From NCBI GenBank assembly GCA_016778745.1, contig JADHOZ010000003.1:1-40505 (forward strand): a stretch of 40,505 nucleotides of DNA. The letters are read 5' to 3'. A model generated the notes under the pieces. It was not told where the DNA came from, did no database searches, and saw only the letters and a list, made by a program, of their open reading frames with translations. Source of the stretch: Rickettsiales bacterium. GTDB lineage: Bacteria > Pseudomonadota > Alphaproteobacteria > Rickettsiales > UBA1997. Positions 8,829 through 17,525 of this stretch are shown here, one piece after another; within the stretch, counting starts at the first letter, position 1; each line of letters begins with the position of its first letter. A program made the translations under genes and the position numbers.

Positions 8829-9665
8829 ATGAATAAAATAAGAAGATGCAAACCAATTTTGGGAACTTTTGTTGAGGTTCGGCTAAAGTCTGATAAATCA
8901 AAGGATGAATTGCTTGGAATTTCTCAGAAAATCTTTGATGAAATTCTTAGAATTGAAAAGATGATGAGTTATTTTGATAAGGAAAGTGAAGTTTTTAGAT
9001 TAAATAAACGAGCTTATTTTGTTCCGCAAAGAGTGAGTGATGAATTATTGGAAGTTTTGGAGTATTCTTTGGCCATATCTAAATTATCTAATGGTGTTTT
9101 TGATATTACTATTGCTAATTCTTTGGTGTGTAACGCTTTGCTTCCAGATTATGATATAAAATGTGACGAGAGTGCAACATATCGAGATGTGAAGATTATT
9201 GATAATATGGTGAAATTTGATAAAAGATTGGCTATTGATCTTGGTGGTATTGCTAAAGGATATGCTATTGATAAAGCAATATCATTATTTGAAGAATGTG
9301 ATGTAGAAATTATAATTAATGCTGGTGGTGATGTCAGAATGAGTCATTGGAAGGGTAAGAAAATTGATATCAGGATTCCACAAATTAAAGATTTATCGAC
9401 TACTATTGAAGTGGATATGCAAAATTGTGCTATTGCGACAAGTGCTAATTATTTTACTGATGAAGGTAAGTCCAAAATGGTTAATTTGACTGATAATGAG
9501 ATAGTTAAGAGGTCATTTAGTATATCTGTTTTTGCTAAGAAATGTTGGATAAGTGATGCGCTAACGAAGATTTGTTTCTTAAGTGATGATTATCAGAATA
9601 TGTTAAAATATTTTGAGGCTTCAGCCTTTAAATTATATAAATCAGGTAAAATTGAATATTTATAA
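8829..9665 (+). CDS. apbE: FAD:protein FMN transferase (ApbE family)
   Basis: LGTFVEV, MSYF..SE, G.FDIT, IDLGGIAKGYAID, INAGGDVR, ATS and SDALTK motifs. Likely start ATG 8829. Confidence 0.92.
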   Translation: MNKIRRCKPILGTFVEVRLKSDKSKDELLGISQKIFDEILRIEKMMSYFDKESEVFRLNKRAYFVPQRVSDELLEVLEYSLAISKLSNGVFDITIANSLVCNALLPDYDIKCDESATYRDVKIIDNMVKFDKRLAIDLGGIAKGYAIDKAISLFEECDVEIIINAGGDVRMSHWKGKKIDIRIPQIKDLSTTIEVDMQNCAIATSANYFTDEGKSKMVNLTDNEIVKRSFSISVFAKKCWISDALTKICFLSDDYQNMLKYFEASAFKLYKSGKIEYL

Positions 9666-10108
9666 TGTCGGTTAAGATTTCTAAGAGATATAAAAATTGG
9701 TTGTATTTAGTGTTATCAGTTTCGTGGGTTAGTGGTGTGGTGTTTTTTATTTTAAATAATTTTTATGTTATCGAAGGTGAATTTGGTGTTGAGAAGCATC
9801 CGGCTCAGTTTTTGTTTTTGAAGATTCATGGTGCGGCAGCTTTTTTGATGATGATTACTTATGGTTTTTTTTTTGGATCTCATGTCAAACTTTCATGGAG
9901 AGTGAAGCCAGTTAGAAAATTTGGTATTATATTAATGTCTATTCCAGCTTTGTTGGCTTTAAGCGCTTATATTCTTTATTACGTTTCTAGTGATTGGCTG
10001 CACGGTATGGTGGCGTATTTTCATTTGAGTCTAGGTATTCCTTTTCCAATTATTTTGGTTATTCATATTCTTTTGGGTAGGAATAAGAGGTTAGTAAATA
10101 ATTATTAA
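9665..10108 (+). CDS. Four-TM membrane protein with intramembrane His residues (cytochrome b / DUF4405-like)
   Basis: Four hydrophobic segments with IHGAAAF, SHV, FHLSLG and IHIL. TAATG overlap with apbE. Confidence 0.7.
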   Translation: MSVKISKRYKNWLYLVLSVSWVSGVVFFILNNFYVIEGEFGVEKHPAQFLFLKIHGAAAFLMMITYGFFFGSHVKLSWRVKPVRKFGIILMSIPALLALSAYILYYVSSDWLHGMVAYFHLSLGIPFPIILVIHILLGRNKRLVNNY

Positions 10109-10157
10109 TATTTATTTGCTATTGAGTCAATTATTGTAATTTTTAAGAGGTTTTAAT

Positions 10158-12137
10158 ATGAGTAAAAATGGTCAGAGAATTGTTCCAACTAATGACATAG
10201 AAAATGGTGTTGCAAATACTCATGTTGGGACTCAACAAAGCAGATTTTTAGATCATATTGGGCCTGTTAATCATGATCATAGTCATGGTCATTCTCACGA
10301 TCATTCTCACGATCATCATCATGAAAATGAATATGGAGAAGTTAGTGATCTTCCTTCGCATGATCATGATCACCGACATGAGCATCATAACACCTTGTCA
10401 AAAATTGCTGAAAAAATTAAATCGGTTGATGGCATTGATGAAACGGCAAATTTGTTAGGACAGATACTTCCGGGTATTGCGGCTCCTATTGCAACAGCAA
10501 CTATATTGGCGGTGGCTACACCTTTTGTGTGGCTTGGGGTTTTAGGAATGAGGGAGGAATATGAAGAAGCTAGACAGCAATTAGTGCGAATTTTACAAAA
10601 TTCCGATCGTGTAGGCAATAGGTTTAAGCAATTAATTCAATATGCTTGTCGATATCAAGCTGTTTTGCGTGATGAGTTTAATATTAATAATATCGATTCT
10701 GATACTATGATTCCTCAAGAAGAGGTGAATGATGAAAATTATATGTCTTTTGTTGAGGCGATTGTTGATCAATTGTCATTGAATAATAAAAGAATTATTG
10801 CTGAATTGGGAAGTAAATATGGTTGGACTGGTATTGTAGGAATGTCGGGAATGTTTTTAGGAATGTTGCCTGCCACTGTTTCATCGATATTGGAGTTGGT
10901 TGATGAAATACAACAGAATGCGCTATTACATTCAACGGCACATATTATGCATTTAGTTGCTGGGGCGTGTTTTTTGCCTGGTCAGGCTGCAATGGGGTTT
11001 TATGCTTATAATAGGAAAAAACAAGGGGTGATAGCTCAAGATGTATTATTGAAAATTAAAGATACTTTTTTAAATGCAAGTAAGGATCTTCTAGCTGATG
11101 AGCAAAGATCAAATGTTGAGCAAATTATGGATAGGATGATATCTTACAATAAGGCACATAGTATTGACTATGGTAATTTAACGGTCATAGGACAAGCTTT
11201 TATGATTGCTGGTACAATATCTTCAATTGCTGGTGCTGGTTTGGAAGCGATTATCCCTTTATTTTCTGTTGGAGCACCGGCGACGATTTATGCGGCGATT
11301 GATCGTATTTTGCAGCATGGTAAAGAGCAGAGTTTTAAAGGTGAAAAAGTGGAATTAGATTTCTTATCAACTTTTATGCAAGACGTATTGCACAGAATAG
11401 ACCCTTTGCGAGTGTGTACCGATAATTTTGGTAATGATGCCGCCGCATTTTTATCGTTAGGAGACATTTTGTCGGAGGTTAGCAATAAGCTTGCTGAAGC
11501 TAAGTTATGTTCTTTATTGTCTAAGTTGGTTAAAAGTAATAAGACAGATAAAATGCAGTTTCTTGATAATTTATTTTTTAATGACGGTTCAGCAAGTCAT
11601 AATTTAAGAATCCAAGGTAGTGAATTAGAAGATGTGGTGGTTAAAAAGGTAAGAGACATTATTGCTAGAGATCATAGTGATATTGAAATTTTATTGGGTC
11701 AAGGTTTGAATGGTTTAAAAGCTAGAATAGTTGATAAGTTTGAGGTGCTAGATATTAATGATTTTAATAATGATGATATTGAAGAGATGCTGCGTGACAC
11801 GAAGAAAGCGTTGAAATTTTTACGTTTTGCTGTTGTTGATTCAATAGTCAAGGTGAGTCATATGGTTGAGGCAAGTAAAGTATTGTCCGTTAACAATTCA
11901 ATAGAAGAGCAGAGGGTAAATGAGGAAGAAAATGGAAGTCTAGAAACTAGTGATATTGGAGTTGAATTAAATGTTGGAGAAGGAGAAAAGCAGAGAGTAA
12001 ATGAGGACAGAAATGGAGGACATCTTGACATTGATGATAAGGTTGGGATATCTAGAAAACCAAGGGGTCGATATAATCAATCAGGTTCTGCCGAACAAGT
12101 TTTTACACGGCCGAAGTCGATAGGTTCACAAGTTTAA
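10158..12137 (+). CDS. Hypothetical membrane protein with a His-rich N-terminus
   Basis: 659 aa; HDHSHGHSHDHSHDHHH...HDHDHRHEHH; several Gly/Ala-rich hydrophobic segments; acidic low-complexity tail; RBS AAGAGG. Confidence 0.8.
   Translation: MSKNGQRIVPTNDIENGVANTHVGTQQSRFLDHIGPVNHDHSHGHSHDHSHDHHHENEYGEVSDLPSHDHDHRHEHHNTLSKIAEKIKSVDGIDETANLLGQILPGIAAPIATATILAVATPFVWLGVLGMREEYEEARQQLVRILQNSDRVGNRFKQLIQYACRYQAVLRDEFNINNIDSDTMIPQEEVNDENYMSFVEAIVDQLSLNNKRIIAELGSKYGWTGIVGMSGMFLGMLPATVSSILELVDEIQQNALLHSTAHIMHLVAGACFLPGQAAMGFYAYNRKKQGVIAQDVLLKIKDTFLNASKDLLADEQRSNVEQIMDRMISYNKAHSIDYGNLTVIGQAFMIAGTISSIAGAGLEAIIPLFSVGAPATIYAAIDRILQHGKEQSFKGEKVELDFLSTFMQDVLHRIDPLRVCTDNFGNDAAAFLSLGDILSEVSNKLAEAKLCSLLSKLVKSNKTDKMQFLDNLFFNDGSASHNLRIQGSELEDVVVKKVRDIIARDHSDIEILLGQGLNGLKARIVDKFEVLDINDFNNDDIEEMLRDTKKALKFLRFAVVDSIVKVSHMVEASKVLSVNNSIEEQRVNEEENGSLETSDIGVELNVGEGEKQRVNEDRNGGHLDIDDKVGISRKPRGRYNQSGSAEQVFTRPKSIGSQV
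11903..12050 (+). repeat. Degenerate 81-bp (27-aa) tandem duplication inside the CDS
   Basis: AGAAGAGCAGAGGGTAAATGAGGA (11903) and AGAAAAGCAGAGAGTAAATGAGGA (11984), encoding EQRVNEEENG and KQRVNEDRNG. Confidence 0.65.
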
Positions 12138-12138
12138 G

Positions 12139-13011
12139 TTAGTAAGGATCGCTATGTATGATGATTTCGGAATTTTGATATGTTTTTAGTAATTTACGTT
12201 CTAATTGGTCAGTTATTTTGTGAGCTTCTTTAAACGTTAGGTTTTGATCTATTTCTACATGAGTTTGGACGAATATCCTATTGCCGGATCTTCTGGTTTT
12301 TAGTTTGTGATAGCCTTTTATTCCTTGGTGATTATTGATGATTTCTCTTATTTGTGTTTGCTCTTCTTCATCTAATTCTTTGTCCATTAAATTATCAAAA
12401 CATCTTTTTCCTATTTCGTAGGCGCTAAATATTATGTAAGAGGAAATGAGGAGTGCTAATATTGGGTCTACTAATTTTAAGTTGGGATGAGTTGTAATTA
12501 TGAGTGAGATGATAATTGTTATGTTGGTTAGAATGTCGCTAGTATAATGGAGGTTATCGGATTTTACGATTGTGGAATTGGTTTTTGAGATCACGAATCT
12601 TTGGTAAATGATTACCCCTAATAGAGCAATTGTGGAGATGGACATTATTATTATGCCGTCAATATTGTTTTGGATATGTTGTGTCGTTTGGATGTTAAAT
12701 ATTGCTTTATATATGATAAGAAGAGCAGAAGTTGCGATGAAGGTTGCTTGTATGATGCCAACGATATCTTCAATTGCGTTATGGCCGAATTTATGATCTT
12801 CATCTGCTGGTTTAGCCGCATATATTATGGCGACCATATTGATTATGGATATCGTGACATCCATAATTGAGTCTAATAGTGAAGCGAAGATACTTACGGA
12901 GTTGGTTTGGTTAAAGCCATATGTTTTTAATATTATCAATAATATGGAGATGGTGATGGGTAGTAGGATAGCTTTTTTATTTAGTTGGATGTTATTGTTT
13001 TCAATCAGCAT
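12139..13011 (-). CDS. fieF: Cation diffusion facilitator (FieF/YiiP-like) metal exporter
   Basis: SLLDSIMD (DxxxD), PADEDHKFGH, DNLHYTSD (HxxxD), KTRRSG, EAH and IIIHSDP. Confidence 0.9.
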   Translation of the reverse strand: MLIENNNIQLNKKAILLPITISILLIILKTYGFNQTNSVSIFASLLDSIMDVTISIINMVAIIYAAKPADEDHKFGHNAIEDIVGIIQATFIATSALLIIYKAIFNIQTTQHIQNNIDGIIIMSISTIALLGVIIYQRFVISKTNSTIVKSDNLHYTSDILTNITIIISLIITTHPNLKLVDPILALLISSYIIFSAYEIGKRCFDNLMDKELDEEEQTQIREIINNHQGIKGYHKLKTRRSGNRIFVQTHVEIDQNLTFKEAHKITDQLERKLLKTYQNSEIIIHSDPY

Positions 13012-13555
13012 TTTCTATTAAAATTTGGGCAGTTTTTTTGCAATCATCGTAATATTTTTTATCACCTCCAATTTGACTCATTACTAGTGCTCCTTGGGTG
13101 AGGGCGGTTAATACTCTGGCTTTATGTTGGTGATTTTTGATTTTCAATTTTTTTAATTGTTTTTCAAGGAAATTCTGGGTGGATAATTTATGTTGAAATG
13201 CTGCTTTGTGGGCTGGATGGTCTAAGTTTGGAAATTCTGCTGACGCATTAATAAAAATGCATCTAACGTTTTGAGTCTTTTTTGCTGTTGTGGTAAGCAT
13301 GTTAAATAATTCTATTATTTTAGTTTTTGGGTTTGTTTTCTTTTTTTCGATGACATCTAAGAAATTTGTGATGAATTCTTGGTGGATCTTATCTAGGCAA
13401 GCTATGATTAGGTCGTCTTTTGTTTTAAAATGTTTGTATAATGTCATTTTAGAAATTGCTGACTTTTCTAAGATTTCATTGATGCCAGTTGCTTTGAATC
13501 CGTTTTGAAGGAATAAAGATATTGCTGTGTTAATTAGGTTTTCTTTTTTTGACAT
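13001..13555 (-). CDS. TetR/AcrR family transcriptional regulator
   Basis: HTH LFLQNGFKATGINEILEKSAISKMTLYKHFKTKDDLI and CIFINASAEF. Likely start ATG 13555. Overlaps fieF by 11 bp. Confidence 0.93.
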   Translation of the reverse strand: MSKKENLINTAISLFLQNGFKATGINEILEKSAISKMTLYKHFKTKDDLIIACLDKIHQEFITNFLDVIEKKKTNPKTKIIELFNMLTTTAKKTQNVRCIFINASAEFPNLDHPAHKAAFQHKLSTQNFLEKQLKKLKIKNHQHKARVLTALTQGALVMSQIGGDKKYYDDCKKTAQILIENAD

Positions 13556-13562
13556 AATGTGC

Positions 13563-13624
13563 TTGACAAGATAATTTTTACTAGACAGACTGTTCTGTAT
13601 AGTTGTTCTTTTTGAAAAAGTCAA
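13563..13624. promoter_or_regulatory. Overlapping opposite-strand promoters with a TetR-type operator
   Basis: Inverted repeat ACTAGACAGA-ctgt-TCTGTATAGT (13580-13603, 9/10). It covers the -10 of TTGACT-N17-TATACA on the - strand and of TTGACA-N17-CAGACT on the + strand. Confidence 0.65.
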
Positions 13625-13706
13625 CTTTATTAGTGACTAATTGTTTTTAGTAATTAGAAATCAAGATTGGAGAAGGTACCTAATCTTAACTTTATAAGGA
13701 GAAATT

Positions 13707-13967
13707 ATGAATAAAAAAGAGAAATTTTTAAAAGCCGCTACTATTGCAATTACTGGCGCAGCAATCGTTGGTGCAACTTCTGCTCCAGCTTATGCAAAGA
13801 AAATGGAGAAATGTTATGGTGTTGTCAAGGCTGGTAAAAATGACTGTAGTTCAAAAGATGGTTCTCATTCTTGTGCTGGTGGCGCTAAAAAAGACGGTGA
13901 CACAAATGAGTGGATTTTAGTCAAAAAAGGTACTTGTGAGAGACTAGTAAATGGTAGTTTAAATTAA
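13707..13967 (+). CDS. bufA1: Bufferin precursor peptide (DUF2282)
   Basis: Sec signal ending AYA; EKCYGVVKAGKNDC...HSCAG...EW..V.KGTCERL.NGS with 4 Cys; RBS AAGGAG. Confidence 0.92.
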   Translation: MNKKEKFLKAATIAITGAAIVGATSAPAYAKKMEKCYGVVKAGKNDCSSKDGSHSCAGGAKKDGDTNEWILVKKGTCERLVNGSLN

Positions 13968-13976
13968 TTTATGACG

Positions 13977-14005
13977 CCAGGTACTTATTTAGTACCTGGT
14001 TTTTT
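13977..14005 (+). terminator. Hairpin or terminator between the precursor and maturase genes
   Basis: CCAGGTACT-tattt-AGTACCTGG followed by a T-run. Confidence 0.75.
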
Positions 14006-14007
14006 AT

Positions 14008-14826
14008 ATGTTTGGTTTGGGTTTAAGAGATTTACATCATAAATATGTGTTAACCAATAATCCTAAGGTGGATTTTTTTGAGGTGCATACAGAGAATTTT
14101 ATTGCTGATGGTGGTGCGAGTTTAGATTTTCTATCTAAAATTAATGAAAGATATGATCTTAGTTTTCACTGTGTTGGGTTGTCTATTGGATCTTTTGATG
14201 GAATTGATAAGAAGCATTTAAGGGATATTAAAAATCTGCTTGATAGGTTTAATCCTATTTTATTTTCTGATCATTTATCGTGGAGTGGCTCGAAGAAAAT
14301 TGGTCATTCTAATGATTTATTACCACTTCCTTTAACCCAAGAGGCTTTTGAGGTTTTTAAGAATAATGTTGATGAGATTCAGCAATATTGTGGGCGTAAA
14401 ATTTTAATTGAGAATCCTTCGGCTTATTTAGAATTTCAAAATAAAGAGTTGGGTGAGGTTGAGTTTTTAAATAAGTTAGTTGATGAGACTCACTGTGGTC
14501 TTTTGTTGGATATTAATAATATTTATGTTGGGGCAAAGAATTTCAATTTTGATGCGAAGCAATATATTGATGATATTAATTTTCCAGCAATTGGCGAGAT
14601 ACATTTAGCGGGTCATAGTGTTTATGAATTTAAAGGACAAGAAATTAGGATTGATACTCATTCTACTAATATTTGTAAGGACGTTTTTGATTTATATCGA
14701 TATTTTTTAAAAGAAAGCCAAATGAAGTTGCCAACTTTAGTTGAGTGGGATGAGGATATTCCTGAGTTTAGTGCATTATTTGACGAGCTTGTAAAGGTGA
14801 AGGAGGTAGTAAGTGAAATTGGCTAA
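14008..14826 (+). CDS. bufB: DUF692 multinuclear non-heme iron oxidative enzyme (MNIO), bufferin maturase
   Basis: GLGLR..H, FEVHTEN, H.VGLSIG, SDHLSW, IENPSAY, LLDINNIYV, EIHLAGH, IDTH and LVEWD. Confidence 0.95.
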   Translation: MFGLGLRDLHHKYVLTNNPKVDFFEVHTENFIADGGASLDFLSKINERYDLSFHCVGLSIGSFDGIDKKHLRDIKNLLDRFNPILFSDHLSWSGSKKIGHSNDLLPLPLTQEAFEVFKNNVDEIQQYCGRKILIENPSAYLEFQNKELGEVEFLNKLVDETHCGLLLDINNIYVGAKNFNFDAKQYIDDINFPAIGEIHLAGHSVYEFKGQEIRIDTHSTNICKDVFDLYRYFLKESQMKLPTLVEWDEDIPEFSALFDELVKVKEVVSEIG

Positions 14827-15532
14827 GCTACAAGAGCAATTCATTACTGCTATTTATGATAAACCAAGTGACGAAATTCTTGATGAGATTATATTAAGTA
14901 ATGTGCCAAAAGAGGAATTGCTTGGGATTTATCGCAATAATTTAGAGTGTCATTTGGTTAATGCATTAAAGCTGACTTTTGCTGGTGTATTTAATATTTT
15001 GAAGGAGGAAGAATTTTTGGAGTTGGCAAGTGAATTTGTTTTTAACAATCCCTCTAAAAGTAATAATTTAGACGATTATGGAGAAGGATTTGCCGAATTT
15101 TTAAGACAGAAGAAAGATAATTTTATTGCTGATTTGGCTAGGTTAGATTGGTTTAAACAAAAATCATATTTAGCTAAAAATAATGATGAGTTTAATCTGG
15201 AAAAGCTTCAAAAGGTTAGTCCTAAAGAATTATTTGATTTACGATTTGTGCTTGGTGATTCGGTATTTTTGTTGGAATCGGATTTTAATTTGTTGGCCAA
15301 TAGATACCAGAAAAGTAAAATGATTAGAAAATGTTATTTTTTGGTATTTAGGCATAAAATGTCTGGTGTTTTTGACGTTGAGTCTTTAAGAATTGCGCCA
15401 CAGGAATATAAGTTCCTAAAAGGGATTGAAGAAAAACTGACCTTATACGAAATATATGAAAAATATGAGGTTGATATTCAAAATATTTTGCAAAAATTCT
15501 TGTCCAATGGAGTTATTGCAGCGTTCTATTAA
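14813..15532 (+). CDS. bufC: DUF2063 / BufC MNIO partner protein
   Basis: LQEQF...IYRNN...AL..TF...YGEGFAEFL...DLARLDW; overlaps bufB. Confidence 0.88.
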   Translation: MKLAKLQEQFITAIYDKPSDEILDEIILSNVPKEELLGIYRNNLECHLVNALKLTFAGVFNILKEEEFLELASEFVFNNPSKSNNLDDYGEGFAEFLRQKKDNFIADLARLDWFKQKSYLAKNNDEFNLEKLQKVSPKELFDLRFVLGDSVFLLESDFNLLANRYQKSKMIRKCYFLVFRHKMSGVFDVESLRIAPQEYKFLKGIEEKLTLYEIYEKYEVDIQNILQKFLSNGVIAAFY

Positions 15533-15557
15533 TAAAAAGATAATAAAAGGAGAAGAA

Positions 15558-16031
15558 ATGAAATTTTCAATTGCTAATGCTCATAAATCCTGTGAAGATT
15601 TAAAAAAATTTTATGGTGTTTATGCCGATTTTCTAACGAAATATGCATCACATTTATTATTATTATTACTTAGAATTTCTGTTGGTTTGGTTTTTTTAAA
15701 AAGTGGCTTAACTAAGATTGCTAACGTCGATAATACTATTATTTTATTTGAATATGAATATGAGTTGCCTTTAATTTCACCAATTGTTGGGGCTTACTCT
15801 TCCATTTTTGCTGAGTTGGTTTTTGGAAGCGCGGTTATTGCTGGTTTTGTCACTAGATTATCGGTTGTTCCTTTGATTATTATGACGTTAATTATTCAGC
15901 TATTGGTAGTGCAAAATCCTGAACATTTTACGTGGCTATTTCAACTTTGTACTTTAGCAATTTATGGTGGGGGTATTTTATCTGTTGACGGTGTGTTGTG
16001 TAAATTTCTTTGTAAAAATAAGAAGAAATAG
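15558..16031 (+). CDS. bufD: DoxX family membrane protein
   Basis: LLRI...VFLKSGLTK, LFEYEY.LP, AEL, G..TR and GGG.LSVD. Likely start ATG 15558 with RBS AAGGAG. Confidence 0.9.
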   Translation: MKFSIANAHKSCEDLKKFYGVYADFLTKYASHLLLLLLRISVGLVFLKSGLTKIANVDNTIILFEYEYELPLISPIVGAYSSIFAELVFGSAVIAGFVTRLSVVPLIIMTLIIQLLVVQNPEHFTWLFQLCTLAIYGGGILSVDGVLCKFLCKNKKK

Positions 16032-16376
16032 TTGCGGTAATATTTTTTAACTTTGTTGGGTGTTGATTGAGTGTCAGTATCCGATTTTCTTTTGCTATGC
16101 CAATTCTTATCTTTTTCTCATCTTCATTTGGTTCAACTCATAAGTTGTAAAAAAAGGTTTTTTTATAGGAAAAATGTTGAAAATTTCGTAAAAAACTATA
16201 ATTTTGTTGATGTTCTAGTCGTTTTTGTTTCAAATTTGGAAAATTTTGATAAAAAATAGGGTTTTTCCTTGAGAGAAGTTCTTTTTGTACGCTATAAGTG
16301 CCTCCTTATTGGCTTTGTTTGAGGAAAAAAATTGTTAAGTCGCGTAAATGCTGCTTTGATTGAAAGTTTTTAGTTA

Positions 16377-17525
16377 ATGAGTTTTGTGAAAAGGTTTGTG
16401 AAAAAGATATTAAGATTTTTGAAGAGAAATCCATTTAAGATTTTATTTGCCATTTTCTTCTGTTCTTTGAGTAGTTATGTTGTTATGGGTACTTTGATGG
16501 ATGATTCTACTAGAGCGCAAGAAAAGGTGTTTGATCCAAATATTAAAGGAGACAAACCGCTGGCGGTGGATGTTGATGTGGTTTTAGTCAAGAAGCAAGA
16601 AGTGCAAACTACAAAAGAGTTGCCTGGTAGGGTTGTGGCACTGAATAGTTCAGAAGTGCGTTCTCAGGTTGATGGTGTTATTACTAACGTATTGTTTGAA
16701 GAGGGTTCTTATGTTGAGAAAGGACAGCAATTATATCAAATTGATCCAGATCTTTATCAAGCTAGATTTTCAAAAGTTAAGGCAAATTATCATTTTTTAA
16801 GGAAAAAGAAATATCGTTATAGTAAATTATTGAAAATTGGAGCCGTTAGTAGGCAGGAATTTGAAGAAGTTAATTCGGCCTATGTTGGCGCTAGGGAGGA
16901 TTTAAGACAGGCTGAAATTGATTTAGAATATAGTAAGGTTTATGCGCCAATTTCTGGTCATATTGGGGTTTCATATTTCACAAAGGGAGCCTTAACTAAG
17001 AAAGATGAGAATGCGGTTTTGGCGATAATTAATCAAATTGATTCGGTATTTGTTGATGTCAGATATCCTGCGAGTGAGTTTGGTATTATTAGGCAGCATT
17101 TGAATTGTAACGTATCAATTGAGACAAGTGACGGTAAGGTTTTAGAGGGTGGTGTTATTGATTCATTTGAAAGGGAAATTGATCAATCTTCGGATTCTTT
17201 CTTAGTGAGAGTTAGAATTGATAATAAGGACTTAGAATTGGCTCCAGGTATGTATGTGGGGGTTAGTTTTTCGTTAGAATCGACGCAAGGCATTACTGTT
17301 CCGATCAAAACAACTTATAGGGACGTTGATGGCAGTTTGTTTGTGTGGCATGTCAATGCGCAACATATTGTGAGTAAGAGAAATATTGTTGCCAATAGTA
17401 TATTTCAAAATAGTTGGGTCGTTGAGTCTGGATTAAAGGAAAATGAGACGATAGTTTATGAGGGTGTGCAAAAAATTTATGAAGGTGCGCTAATAAACCC
17501 TAATATAGCTCAGGGGGTGAAGTAG
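16377..17525 (+). CDS. acrA: RND efflux periplasmic adaptor (AcrA-like)
   Basis: N-terminal TM; EVRSQVDGVI...FEEGS.V.KGQQLYQIDP, APISGHIG and PGMYV. Confidence 0.9.
   Translation: MSFVKRFVKKILRFLKRNPFKILFAIFFCSLSSYVVMGTLMDDSTRAQEKVFDPNIKGDKPLAVDVDVVLVKKQEVQTTKELPGRVVALNSSEVRSQVDGVITNVLFEEGSYVEKGQQLYQIDPDLYQARFSKVKANYHFLRKKKYRYSKLLKIGAVSRQEFEEVNSAYVGAREDLRQAEIDLEYSKVYAPISGHIGVSYFTKGALTKKDENAVLAIINQIDSVFVDVRYPASEFGIIRQHLNCNVSIETSDGKVLEGGVIDSFEREIDQSSDSFLVRVRIDNKDLELAPGMYVGVSFSLESTQGITVPIKTTYRDVDGSLFVWHVNAQHIVSKRNIVANSIFQNSWVVESGLKENETIVYEGVQKIYEGALINPNIAQGVK

Noticed and set aside
16071-16259. 62-aa ORF between doxX and acrA
   Set aside because: No RBS or motif, and low-complexity AT-rich sequence; probably the promoter region of the RND operon.
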